IMG/VR virus record: IMGVR_UViG_3300028840_000888
Coordinates: 9,775-73,774 of that record
DNA from: a virus
Length of the DNA stretch: 64,000 bases
Direction: 5' to 3' (one strand)
Part shown: positions 29,016 through 38,782 of the stretch, one piece after another
How the letters are laid out: the number at the start of each line of letters is the position of its first letter
How positions within the stretch are numbered: position 1 is the stretch's first letter
Position numbers and translations under genes: made by a program
The notes under the pieces: generated by a model
The model's database searches: none
Seen by the model: only the letters and a program-made list of their open reading frames with translations
What the model was told of the DNA's origin: nothing

Positions 29016-29402
29016 TTATTGTTTTGCATACCTCATCACCTTTTTATAAAATGGCTCAAGTGAATCGAGGATAAGCGCAGTAATGACAACCATAGAATAA
29101 AATCCTATGGCATAGTGGGAATCATGTACAAGCACATTGACGCCAACATGTACACATGGCAATATGATTATGGAAGTAAGCACGAGCAAAAATAAACTTA
29201 CAGTGAGCCATTTGATGATGTTCACGCCGGAACATATCTCAATGAGACGCATTGAATTGTACGCAGTTAGCAGAAAAGACGCAATCGCCGCTATGCCTCT
29301 ATATTCATAGTTCGAGTGCATCGTTATTTGCGCCATGATCATGGCTGAACATGACCATGTGAAGTGCGCAAGTTCTCTATTCTCGATGTCATTCATGGTC
29401 AA
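29016..29402 (-). CDS. Membrane protein
   Basis: Several hydrophobic segments. Confidence 0.55.
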   Translation of the reverse strand: MTMNDIENRELAHFTWSCSAMIMAQITMHSNYEYRGIAAIASFLLTAYNSMRLIEICSGVNIIKWLTVSLFLLVLTSIIILPCVHVGVNVLVHDSHYAIGFYSMVVITALILDSLEPFYKKVMRYAKQ

Positions 29403-29890
29403 CTCCTGGAGGGTGGCTTTTGTCCGACCCTAAGATGATCACCATACCTTTCGTTAATCCAGCGTTCATCAAATCTATGGTAGGATGTCAAAAGATCAGA
29501 TGCGTTCATGGTTTCATCATGAGATGTCGCATAATACAATAGTTCTTGGTAGAACATTTCTTCATCATCCTTAGAAATGATTGCCTGCGCAATGAATCCA
29601 TGATTTGTGAATACCTGCACATCTGCTATGAGTTCTAAGTACTCTCTGTTTTGCAATCGTATGTTTTGCTTGAACTTGACGCAATGCTCCGGTATTGTCC
29701 TTACCATTGCTTGATACCAGTTAAAACCAGAGTTTACACAGGCAAATGTTGTAATGACGCCACCTGATGCACGCCATCCGCGCTTATTTAGATCGTTCAC
29801 ATAACTAACAATGCCTGGCGCGTCCATTGCTGATACGACTATGTATTGATGTACCTCATCATGATATAGTACGGGCGTTATTTCATTCAT
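29399..29890 (-). CDS. DUF1737-like protein, paralogue of 28617-28994
   Basis: QYIVVSA...GW...GGVITT...NW.QAM.R...NHGF. Confidence 0.6.
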   Translation of the reverse strand: MNEITPVLYHDEVHQYIVVSAMDAPGIVSYVNDLNKRGWRASGGVITTFACVNSGFNWYQAMVRTIPEHCVKFKQNIRLQNREYLELIADVQVFTNHGFIAQAIISKDDEEMFYQELLYYATSHDETMNASDLLTSYHRFDERWINERYGDHLRVGQKPPSRS

Positions 29891-29930
29891 GTCTCAACTC
29901 CTTTCGGGTTTAGTTACGTCTTTCATTGCT

Positions 29931-32330
29931 TTATGGAAACTCATCTGCAAATAGTACTAACTCTTGACAGCGGCATTGTATGATATTTCCCAATGATGCG
30001 CCCATGCTTTCATCACCTGGATACATCAGGCGCTCGCCGCTAACTGTAAATGGCGTATCTATAGGTCGCTGTTGTCCGTTGGCCGCTCGATGGTTAAAGT
30101 TATCTGTCGGCTTAGCTCCGCGCTCCCTCCCATCCAATGTCGTCAGCCACTCATGCCCGGTGATGTCCACGCCATCCTCGCGCCACACATCATACAGGCG
30201 CCGCGTCCCGGCATTGCTGGCGCGTAGCGTTTGGTCACGGGCGATTAGCTCAAGCCGGTTGGTGGTCAGTCGCTTGCAGGCGAAGAAGGCAGCCTCGCTC
30301 AGGTCGTCGGCTTCACAATCTGCCTTCCCTATCCATCGCTTGAAGAGGGTGTCAATTGATTCCATAGTCTGCGGGATTGACCACCCGCGCACCTGGGCTT
30401 CCTGGATGATCTCATTGATTAGGGATGAGGAAGTCTGCGCTATCTCGTCGGCAAAGGTCATGGTGTAGTCGTTTAGCCAGTCACCGGCAAACAAGTTGGT
30501 CACGTCGAAAGCGAAGCCGTATGCCAGGGAGGTTAGGTTTGCCTGCGCCGTCACGAGCCCCTCAAGCTGCGGAATGAATATCCCGGCCCATTCGTCGCCG
30601 GATTCATTGAGGAAATAGTCTCGCAACTCTTGGCTGGTTGCTTCCCAGTTGATGGTTTGTTTCGCCTGGCGGGCCTTTTTCTTTGCCCGCATGATGATCT
30701 GCATTACAGCGCGGCGGTCATTCTTGAAGCCTTCAAGTGCGGCATCCTGCAAGATGGGCTCATACTCAATGGCTACGGCATCGCGCTGCTTCCATAGCAT
30801 TTCCTTCTGCTCGTGGTCAAGACGCTTGATCTGACGCGTTTTGGCGCGGTCGGTGTCGTCTTCGGTAGCCTCTACTGCCCCCGCTTCATCATCTGGTAGT
30901 TCCTCAAAGACCGGCTGCATGATGGTTTGCAAGTTCACCTTGAGCACATCACCATTGGGTAATTCCGACAAGCCGGCGGCGCGGCGGTATTCATTCATCG
31001 TCACGGCGCTGGCATCCCATCCCTCAAGTAGCGCCGCCTGCCTATCTGCGCGGATGTCTTCAAATGCGGGTATCTGCGAGTAGTCAAAGCGGATGAAGTA
31101 ACCGCTATCGGGCTGCCCCAAGTAGTAGTTATACTCCTGCTCAAACCAGCCAAGTTCTGGCACCATCGTATCTTCCCAGAACGCCTTGCGCGCCTCTCGA
31201 TAGTTTTCGTAGGTAGAACGCAGTAGGCCCAAGCGGGCGCCGACAAGGATCAGCGGAACGCCGAACACCATCGCTATCCGGCTTTCATTGCGCTGGTCTA
31301 TGAGGTCTAAATCCATTTCTTCCGGGCTTAACATGATACGCTGATACTCACCGTCGGCATCCGTCACGCCGACCTCCCCGCCGTATAGCTCCTGCCAGCG
31401 CTCCTTGATACGACCCATGACTTCCTCGTCAAGCGGCATACTAAAGTTGAGTATGCCGTCCATTGTCTTCCGCATCTTGTCGATGAGTTCTGAGAAGTAT
31501 AGGGTGATGTCGTTGTCCATGTCCACGTTGTATGCGGCGGCTGACAAGGGAGAAAGGCCATAGCCCATGCCCTCAAGCGGATCCAACAGATTCGGCAATT
31601 TGACATGCATCATGTCTTGGGCCGGGATACGGACGGCCCGCTCGGTGTCACCCGGCAGCACACCTTCGGGCGTGTAGATGTAGCCGACCTTCGCAAAGCC
31701 GTTCTTGGAACGCACTAACTGTCCGTAAGCCTTGCGCTCATATCTGGTCATGGGCCGGCGCCAAGTATCCATGACATTATTGCCGCGCTTCTTTGCTGTG
31801 ATGATGTCATAGTTTTGCAAGGCGATTATCCACACGCGGTCGGGACGCAAGGGGTGTAAGCCAATGGGTAAGCCGGTCTTGGGGTCGCGATCAATCATCA
31901 CGAATGAGTTGCCGTCGATGTTCAAATAGGCTTCATTGAGGCCCTGAAACTCCGGCTGACTCTGGTATGTGTTCGGGCGGTCGAGAAGCTTGGTCAAGTC
32001 GTTGTCTGCGGGCAATACTTCGGGCTGATCCCGCGTACCCTCGTAAGCCCGCAGCGGCGCGGCGGTGATGGCGCGAACCTTATACATGATGCAGGCATAC
32101 ACCAGGGCGTTGCGGTTGAATCCGTCCAGCACATAGCTTTGGTAATCCGTGATGTGGTGCTGTGGTATCTCGGCGCGTGAGGAGAAGTCTAGCGGCATGA
32201 ATTTGGTGTTTACGTTGCGCATCCGGCGCTCCACGTACATCATCATTTGCAGGTCTTCATCGCGGCGCTGCTTAAATAAATTAGCTTTGTAAACCTTTGG
32301 CCTAAATAATCGATCAATCCATTGCGGCAT
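29931..32330 (-). CDS. Portal protein fused to MuF-like minor head domain
   Basis: N.LVYACI, L.PDRV, G.SP, I...FGVP; C-terminal W....D.R.R...H, L.YPGD, N.IQCRC. Confidence 0.9.
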   Translation of the reverse strand: MPQWIDRLFRPKVYKANLFKQRRDEDLQMMMYVERRMRNVNTKFMPLDFSSRAEIPQHHITDYQSYVLDGFNRNALVYACIMYKVRAITAAPLRAYEGTRDQPEVLPADNDLTKLLDRPNTYQSQPEFQGLNEAYLNIDGNSFVMIDRDPKTGLPIGLHPLRPDRVWIIALQNYDIITAKKRGNNVMDTWRRPMTRYERKAYGQLVRSKNGFAKVGYIYTPEGVLPGDTERAVRIPAQDMMHVKLPNLLDPLEGMGYGLSPLSAAAYNVDMDNDITLYFSELIDKMRKTMDGILNFSMPLDEEVMGRIKERWQELYGGEVGVTDADGEYQRIMLSPEEMDLDLIDQRNESRIAMVFGVPLILVGARLGLLRSTYENYREARKAFWEDTMVPELGWFEQEYNYYLGQPDSGYFIRFDYSQIPAFEDIRADRQAALLEGWDASAVTMNEYRRAAGLSELPNGDVLKVNLQTIMQPVFEELPDDEAGAVEATEDDTDRAKTRQIKRLDHEQKEMLWKQRDAVAIEYEPILQDAALEGFKNDRRAVMQIIMRAKKKARQAKQTINWEATSQELRDYFLNESGDEWAGIFIPQLEGLVTAQANLTSLAYGFAFDVTNLFAGDWLNDYTMTFADEIAQTSSSLINEIIQEAQVRGWSIPQTMESIDTLFKRWIGKADCEADDLSEAAFFACKRLTTNRLELIARDQTLRASNAGTRRLYDVWREDGVDITGHEWLTTLDGRERGAKPTDNFNHRAANGQQRPIDTPFTVSGERLMYPGDESMGASLGNIIQCRCQELVLFADEFP

Positions 32331-32342
32331 CTATCACCTCGC

Positions 32343-33767
32343 TTACCCGAATCCTATCCCACGCCGTGTCTTTATCGCGGTCTCTGACATCGCCCCGGCG
32401 ACTATGCTATCCGGCGGATGTCCACTGCCGTAAAGGTCGTCGCGTGCAGCATACTTGTACTCATTATACATCCATTTTATCATCGGCGCAACTATGCCAC
32501 GATCCTCAACAGTCGCAATGTGATTTGTGAACATATTCTTGCGCGTGTTGCCGGTCATGATGATAGCCTGTGAGCGCACCGTGGAGTAGTCGGCTACCAC
32601 GTCACCTACGCCCGTACCATCATGCGCCGCCTTGCCGCCGTAGCGTTTAACACGGCGGTCATAGCGTGATACCATCTTGGGCCACGGCTTGCGCTGATGC
32701 CGCTCGAAGGCTACGAGACGCCAGGGAGACACATCATAACGGATGGTAACAATGACGGTGTGATCTTGCTTCTTGGCCCAGTCTGCGCCCGTGGCATAGC
32801 GGGCATTGCGGAGCTTACTCTTGCATACGGCGCACTTCTTATGCGTGGCGTCGGCGGCTATGATCTCCCAACCGCAGACAGGACACACAAGCATGGGCGG
32901 CTCGATCTCGATGTATTCACCGTTGCGCCCTTCAAATGTTCCCAATTTGGGATCAAACATCTGCTCAACCTTCTCCGGCATAATGGCACGGCCTTCCGGT
33001 GACGGTTCGTTAAGGTCATATTCCACCTTCCACATTTGCGCCGGGATCACGGTGCGCTTGTTTTCTACCTCGGAAGGGAGAAGCCAGCCGCCCTCTGCGC
33101 TTGTCTCTTGGTATCCCCAATAGTGGACGGGCCAGCCGTGCTTGTTGGCGCGTTTGAGCACTTCCGTCATAACGCCATCGGCTTTGTGGTGCGTGGAGCT
33201 AAGGACGGTCTGCGCCTTGATGACTACCTTGCCATTTTCTACCACACTCATGGGTTGACCCAACGCCGCGTCTAGGAGGTCGATGGACATTTCATCAACT
33301 TCATCCCCGCGCAGCTTGGGTGCGTGTGGCCCTCTAATGCTCTTCTGTGATGCCGTTAGTGCATTGACCGTATTGCCCCACACAAAGCGGTGCAATGTTG
33401 TCAGCGGTTCGCCTTCCCATAGATGCTTGGGTGAGTTCTGCGCGCGGTAGAATTGTGTAATGTAATCCTGGATCCGCTTTGCCTGCTCAAAGCTGCCGCC
33501 GAGGATACTCACATCGGCTTTCTGCGTCAATGCCTCTACGGTAGAAAGGAGTGCGAGCAGGTATGACTTTCCCGCGAAGCCACGACTACCTACCCACACG
33601 ACAACAGGTGATTTGGCGAAGTACGCATCACAGAAGGCCCGCCACGGTGTTGAGTGTCCCTCTACCACTACCTGGTCAGGGATACATGCGCCGAAGCATA
33701 GCTCTACGAATTCACGAAGGGCGCCCTCGGAGGTGATGGGTAGCTTGAACTTATGTGCGGTTGTCAT
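32343..33767 (-). CDS. terL: Terminase large subunit
   Basis: GSRGFAGKS Walker A, GDEVD Walker B, GADWAKKQD.T nuclease motif, D.TGVG, HPPD. Confidence 0.85.
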   Translation of the reverse strand: MTTAHKFKLPITSEGALREFVELCFGACIPDQVVVEGHSTPWRAFCDAYFAKSPVVVWVGSRGFAGKSYLLALLSTVEALTQKADVSILGGSFEQAKRIQDYITQFYRAQNSPKHLWEGEPLTTLHRFVWGNTVNALTASQKSIRGPHAPKLRGDEVDEMSIDLLDAALGQPMSVVENGKVVIKAQTVLSSTHHKADGVMTEVLKRANKHGWPVHYWGYQETSAEGGWLLPSEVENKRTVIPAQMWKVEYDLNEPSPEGRAIMPEKVEQMFDPKLGTFEGRNGEYIEIEPPMLVCPVCGWEIIAADATHKKCAVCKSKLRNARYATGADWAKKQDHTVIVTIRYDVSPWRLVAFERHQRKPWPKMVSRYDRRVKRYGGKAAHDGTGVGDVVADYSTVRSQAIIMTGNTRKNMFTNHIATVEDRGIVAPMIKWMYNEYKYAARDDLYGSGHPPDSIVAGAMSETAIKTRRGIGFG

Positions 33768-33802
33768 TGTTTTACGTTCCTAAAACATTAGAGTATATCA
33801 GT

Positions 33803-33831
33803 TTGACAAATATTAAGTTATCGTGTATAAT
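33803..33831 (+). promoter_or_regulatory. Consensus sigma70 promoter
   Basis: TTGACA-N17-TATAAT. Confidence 0.85.
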
Positions 33832-33865
33832 TAGATTATCATTATCATCACAAAAGGAGAAAGTC

Positions 33866-34726
33866 ATGACCATATTATACGAGCCCAAAGGGCGCGCCCG
33901 TGAGTACGCCCCGCTTGCTGTGAATTTGTACTCAGGATGCACCCACGGGTGTCGGTATTGTTACGTGCCGACAATACCGCCATACAAGTTCAAACCCGAT
34001 GCCCGCGCAGCTTTTCACGCCTGCGCAAATCCACGCCGCGATGTCATTCGCCAGCTAGAGCGCGATTGCCGCAAGCGTCCCGGCAACGGAGAGCGCGTGC
34101 TGTTCTGCTTCACCACCGACCCGTACCAGGACGCAAATAATGAGCACGACCTGACGCGACAAGCAATTGAAGTTTTGCACGCCGCCGGGTATAATGTCCA
34201 GGTGCTCACGAAGGGCGGGAAGAACGCATTGCGCGACTTGGAAGTTTTTCTTCCAAGTGACGCCTTCGCCGCCACCATGACACTGCTCTCGCCGGAGCAC
34301 TCGCGCAAATGGGAGCCTGGGGCGGCGGTGCCGGAAGAGCGCATGGAAACTTTAGAGCTGTTCCACGCCGCAGGTATCCCGACATGGGTATCATTGGAGC
34401 CGGTGCTAAATCCTGACAGTGCTCTCGAAATCATCCGCCAAACTCACTCCTTTGTCGATCTGTTCAAAGTCGGCAAACTCAACCATCACAAACTTGCCGA
34501 GCGATTCGACTGGCGAGCCTTCGGAATCGCCGCCGTTGACTTACTCGAATCGTTGAGCAAGTCATACTACATCAAGGACGACCTGCGGGCGTTCTTTGAA
34601 GATGTGGAGTTAGGCCCACATCACGTAACCGTTACAGACATCGAGCACGCTCCATTAGTCAAGCATGAAGCCCAAGTAATGCTTCCTATGATGATGCCTA
34701 TGCCAAACCTCGCCAACTCCATGTAA
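33866..34726 (+). CDS. Radical SAM protein (spore photoproduct lyase-related family)
   Basis: CTHGCRYC CxxxCxxC, TDPY, LTK, WEPGA...R, VSLEP. Confidence 0.88.
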   Translation: MTILYEPKGRAREYAPLAVNLYSGCTHGCRYCYVPTIPPYKFKPDARAAFHACANPRRDVIRQLERDCRKRPGNGERVLFCFTTDPYQDANNEHDLTRQAIEVLHAAGYNVQVLTKGGKNALRDLEVFLPSDAFAATMTLLSPEHSRKWEPGAAVPEERMETLELFHAAGIPTWVSLEPVLNPDSALEIIRQTHSFVDLFKVGKLNHHKLAERFDWRAFGIAAVDLLESLSKSYYIKDDLRAFFEDVELGPHHVTVTDIEHAPLVKHEAQVMLPMMMPMPNLANSM

Positions 34727-35200
34727 GGCGAGGAAGTTCTTAAAATATTCCCACCCGTTTCTAAAGAAAAGTGTGGGAATATTTTTTATCATTTCTTTTG
34801 TGAATCCATTTTCGACTAGCATCAATCTAGGAAGCGATCCAACTACGCTTTGAATAAAGGTTACAAAGACTATGCCCCGGTAGTTTCTCTTAAATATCAC
34901 GCTTAGTTGATCGTATGGTACGCCGTAGGCGTCTAAGTCTATTACATCAAATTTGTCTATATTCATTGACGGCAAAAATGACATATTATTTCCAGGCAAA
35001 TGAAAGCCTACTCCGTGGTCATCTTTAATCTCTATGGAAATTCTGTTTATGTTTCTGCCAGTTGATGATGAAACTGCGCTCCAAACCAATCCGCCGCCAC
35101 CAAAACAATCTAATACAGATATTCTATCTGTTTTTGTCGGAAGATGACCAGCTCTCAGCGCCACTTTGTCCGCAAAAAAGCTATTGTCAGTTTGAACCAT
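34655..35200 (-). CDS. SAM-dependent methyltransferase-like protein
   Basis: VLDCFGGGG motif I, FDVIDLDAYG; AT-rich. Confidence 0.65.
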   Translation of the reverse strand: MVQTDNSFFADKVALRAGHLPTKTDRISVLDCFGGGGLVWSAVSSSTGRNINRISIEIKDDHGVGFHLPGNNMSFLPSMNIDKFDVIDLDAYGVPYDQLSVIFKRNYRGIVFVTFIQSVVGSLPRLMLVENGFTKEMIKNIPTLFFRNGWEYFKNFLALHGVGEVWHRHHHRKHYLGFMLD

Positions 35201-35768
35201 ATAGCACCTCGATTCCTGGAATTTCGTCAAAATCGCTTATTGCATCCCTAACTTCATCTGCCCTGTCAACGTCTACGCTTATGAGAACATGTAGCATTTT
35301 TCTTTGTCTGATACGCTCTGTTTCTTCTTTCAATAACTGCTCTGTTTCCCCTAATTCGCTTTCTATAATGTAAAGCAACTCATCCTCAGTGAACAGTCCC
35401 TTCGTCACCTCCGGCGTCTCACTCTCCAAGCATCCAAGCACCGCCGCGTCCCACTCGGCTAACTCGGCGGCGCGGTTATCGTAAAGCGAAAGGCGGCGCT
35501 TCTGCTCCTCAGTAAGCCCTGACCTACGCACGGCAATAATAGTCTCGCCGTCAGCTTCAATGACGCGCACCTTCTCAATACCGGCCAGGGCTGCGGCTTC
35601 GATGGTGCCGTTGCCGGCCAGGATGTTGCCGTCTTCATCCACTACGATGGAGCGCGCTGCGCCCACTTCATTCAGGGACGCCTCAATCATTTGCAGGTTG
35701 CGCTCGGTACGGCGGCGCGGGTTCATTTGGTCGGGCTTAAGGTCTTTGATGTGGGCTATTTCTTTCAT
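35187..35768 (-). CDS. ParB/Srx N-terminal domain protein
   Basis: LKPD..N.R, SIVVD....ILAGNG..EA, DNR.AELAEWD. Confidence 0.82.
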   Translation of the reverse strand: MKEIAHIKDLKPDQMNPRRRTERNLQMIEASLNEVGAARSIVVDEDGNILAGNGTIEAAALAGIEKVRVIEADGETIIAVRRSGLTEEQKRRLSLYDNRAAELAEWDAAVLGCLESETPEVTKGLFTEDELLYIIESELGETEQLLKEETERIRQRKMLHVLISVDVDRADEVRDAISDFDEIPGIEVLYGSN

Positions 35769-35942
35769 GTTACCTTCCTAATTCATTCATCATCACTTTT
35801 CAGGTATTGCAGGCTCGCCATCTGCATACCTAGCTTCTCAATAGCCTCTATAATTGCGTCCGTCACTTTGTCCACATCCTCAATGGTGCATGTGCTTCCG
35901 TCCACCTTGAATATAGATGCTTCAAGTTCTATGTGTTTTTGA

Positions 35943-36578
35943 TCATTCATGTTCGATCACAATTATCTCCGTGTCATTAAAAAGCGGAGCGCCGCCCTTG
36001 CCTGTCACCTCTTGCCGCTCGGCGCGGTCGGGAATCTCAAGCACCTTCGCCAGCAAATCCTCAGAGGTATCCAGGGCCGTGGCAAGTTGGGAGATAGACA
36101 CATCGGGCTTGATGGTGCGAACGATGACCTTCGTGCCATCCGGCTCTTCCGTTTTGGTCTCGCTGATCTTCCACTTCTTGAGCATGGTCAGCATTTGCGC
36201 CGCGGCCTCTTGCAGGTCGGCGGCGGTCTCATACGTGCGATGGTAGTACTCGGCGCGGCGCTTGGCCCATAGCTCGCGCTCCTCTTGCTCCTTGCGTGCA
36301 AGTTCTATCTGATCAAGTTCGTTCTTGATCTCTTCTTGTCGGGCGATGCGCGCCTGCCAATCGTACATTATAGACCATTTGCTAATTGTATTTAATTTTG
36401 TGGTCGGTGGGGCATTTTCACTGGAAGGATACTGTAAATATTTCTCTATCAGGGAAGCGTGGGATCTCTTTGGCCCTAAGTCATAGTAGTCATTCAGGGC
36501 TTGCGTGTGTCGCTGAAGCTCGCCCTTTGCGCGAGCCAGAGGCCTGTCATTGTCCCACTCCACTCCGTCCTTGACCAT
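35943..36578 (-). CDS. Terminase small subunit (putative)
   Basis: Y..LG.KRS, WS....W..R, C-terminal EVTGKGGAPL; position. Confidence 0.72.
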   Translation of the reverse strand: MVKDGVEWDNDRPLARAKGELQRHTQALNDYYDLGPKRSHASLIEKYLQYPSSENAPPTTKLNTISKWSIMYDWQARIARQEEIKNELDQIELARKEQEERELWAKRRAEYYHRTYETAADLQEAAAQMLTMLKKWKISETKTEEPDGTKVIVRTIKPDVSISQLATALDTSEDLLAKVLEIPDRAERQEVTGKGGAPLFNDTEIIVIEHE

Positions 36579-36642
36579 TATGCCGTCCTCACTTTGTCCA
36601 CATTTTGCTTAATTATAAGGTATAAATATACTACTATTTTGG

Positions 36643-36916
36643 CTCATATTAACTACTTGATACAATGTACTAGCTACTATAGTATGGCGTATCTACTATT
36701 AGATACAATTTCCGAATCCTCAAAATGCTCCCACGCGGGTATTTTTACGAGTTGTTTCAACACTTCATTTTTGTACCATCTACCTAGTACAATGATACCA
36801 CATGTTAGTACGATATGCTACCTAGTTAGTACAATCTCGATTCTGTAAATTGTAGCATTTTTCGTACCTACTAGTAAATACAATATACTAACTAGTGATA
36901 ACATTGTGCTAACTAG
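36643..36916. repeat. Array of 14-bp motifs (CTAGTTAGTACAAT) at 21-bp spacing
   Basis: Plus copies 36780, 36801, 36822; inverted copies 36861, 36882, 36903; weaker copies 36643, 36664, 36686. Confidence 0.78.
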
Positions 36917-37111
36917 CTATAACTAGCTTGTCCTAGCATCGTTTAGTGCGATTTTTAGCACGAAACCGCCACCACACCGCTAGTGCCCATGCCTGCATGA
37001 AGTCGCGTAGCTCAACGTGCTTGATGCTGACCTGGTGAGGGCGAATCTTACAACTGCGCTGATCACGTTCGCACTCATGACAGGCCCACGGAGTTGAGCA
37101 TGTGTTGCGCT

Positions 37112-37372
37112 TCACTGGGCCGCCTTCTTGTAAACTCGGCACTGCCTCCCGTCAACATAGGCCATGCGGGAAGTCAGCGCGCCACCGGTGCGATACTTAT
37201 CAAGCTGCCGGCGGGCTTGTCCATGATTGATATGAGCATCCGGCTTTTCAGAGTTGTAACGCGCCATGTACTCATTAACGGTAAATTCATCCTCCTGGCG
37301 CTCCTCCGATTGCCGCATGGCTAAAAGCTCGGCAATCGCATCATCGTCATTCGTCCACTTAACTTTCATCAT
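37112..37372 (-). CDS. Hypothetical protein
   Basis: AGGAG RBS, coupled ORF. Confidence 0.6.
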   Translation of the reverse strand: MMKVKWTNDDDAIAELLAMRQSEERQEDEFTVNEYMARYNSEKPDAHINHGQARRQLDKYRTGGALTSRMAYVDGRQCRVYKKAAQ

Positions 37373-38234
37373 TGACAGTACTCCTGCTCCTAATATCTAG
37401 CCGTTTCTTGATGGGCTTAATGCGCCCGACTTCACCGTCTACAATTTCAATCGCCAGCAATCCGAAGTCCTGATACTGCACTGATCGCGTAGCCTGATGC
37501 CCGTAACTGCCCAGGCCGCAATATGAGGGTAAGGTGATATAGTCATAAGTCAGCAGCTCGCCGTCCCATTCCTGATGATGTGTAATCCACACGAATGAGT
37601 GATAATGCCCGGATAGATAGATGCGCGCCGGCTGCTCACCGAGGCTGCGCTGGCGATAGATCAAATCCTTCAAATGGTAAAGCACCTGATTTCCGCGCGT
37701 CCAATCGCGTATCCCCGGCCCAGGCCCGTGGTGCTTGTAGTCTATCTGTACCCCGTCAATGTCTACCAGTCCGTGATAGAAAAGTTCAACTGCGAGATCG
37801 GGAAACTTGTCCTTGAGGAAGCCTGCAATTAGTGTCTCAGATCCCGCATCACCAAACGTGTGGGCATTGGTGCCCGCGCTCATGTAAACGTGCGTCGGCT
37901 TGAGTGCTTCTACGATATGCATGGCATTGGCCCTGGCGATCAATACCTGATCAGCAAGTCGGTTGGTCATCAGTCCATCGGTGTGCTTGCGCCCGTGCGT
38001 CATGTCGCCCAGGTTCTTCAGGATGATCGGGTCGTTACCGGCGAAGGCTTTGGCTTGCTCGATCTGCTCAACCCGATACTCCCATAGCAACTTCTGAAAT
38101 GGCCCAAGCTGTGGCTTCGCGGGCTCCGGCCTCCCGACCTCATTGTCTGCGGGTAGCACTGCATTAGGATTGCACAGGCCAAGCCGATGGCCGGCATGTT
38201 CATCGGAGGTGACGATAACGACGTAACGTGCCAT
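37359..38234 (-). CDS. Metallophosphoesterase
   Basis: SDEH, GD, GT.AH, H, SGHYH. Confidence 0.8.
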   Translation of the reverse strand: MARYVVIVTSDEHAGHRLGLCNPNAVLPADNEVGRPEPAKPQLGPFQKLLWEYRVEQIEQAKAFAGNDPIILKNLGDMTHGRKHTDGLMTNRLADQVLIARANAMHIVEALKPTHVYMSAGTNAHTFGDAGSETLIAGFLKDKFPDLAVELFYHGLVDIDGVQIDYKHHGPGPGIRDWTRGNQVLYHLKDLIYRQRSLGEQPARIYLSGHYHSFVWITHHQEWDGELLTYDYITLPSYCGLGSYGHQATRSVQYQDFGLLAIEIVDGEVGRIKPIKKRLDIRSRSTVNDES

Positions 38235-38782
38235 TAGTTACGGCCCTCAAACATCTTCAAATAGTAGGCATACTCATGCATTAGCGCTTTCCTCCCCCCT
38301 TGTGAACATGGCCTAAACTCTCCACATAGCCCGCCACGATACACGCACTTGGGAACCATGACTGAGGCTAGTGCAGGATCGACCTCACGCAGCGCATCCC
38401 GGATGCCAAGCATTACGGCGCGGGTATCCTTATGCGCCTTGAAGCATAGTCGTACCTTCGCCATGTCAATGAGGCCCTGTGCATTAATCTGCATGGTAAT
38501 GTCCCGCGTTCCCTCCTTGCCACCCCGGTCGGGCCGTTGCGTCCTTACCCAGGGCTGTACACCGACGTGATGACGCACAAGGTGCGTATGCACCCGGTTG
38601 CTTATCCCATCAATCTCTATCCAGAAAAGCATGGCCCTAATCGGGCTATGCTCTGAGAGATAGGCACGTAGTAGGAAGTCGCCACGGTCGGCCATGCTAA
38701 GCCGCTTCTCGGTCGCTGCGCACCGAGCAAAAGCCTGGTACATGTCATGGGCCGTTGATTTGCGCCACACTCTAATTTTCAT
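38234..38782 (-). CDS. thyX: Flavin-dependent thymidylate synthase-like protein
   Basis: EHSP, HLVRH, Q.R, RLC..A, VPKC..RG.C.E..PC; RHH rather than RHR. Confidence 0.7.
   Translation of the reverse strand: MKIRVWRKSTAHDMYQAFARCAATEKRLSMADRGDFLLRAYLSEHSPIRAMLFWIEIDGISNRVHTHLVRHHVGVQPWVRTQRPDRGGKEGTRDITMQINAQGLIDMAKVRLCFKAHKDTRAVMLGIRDALREVDPALASVMVPKCVYRGGLCGEFRPCSQGGRKALMHEYAYYLKMFEGRN

Noticed and set aside
36600-36940. TAG-rich region as evidence of stop-codon recoding
   Set aside because: Many clear genes end in TAG; the TAGs belong to the CTAG-containing repeat motif
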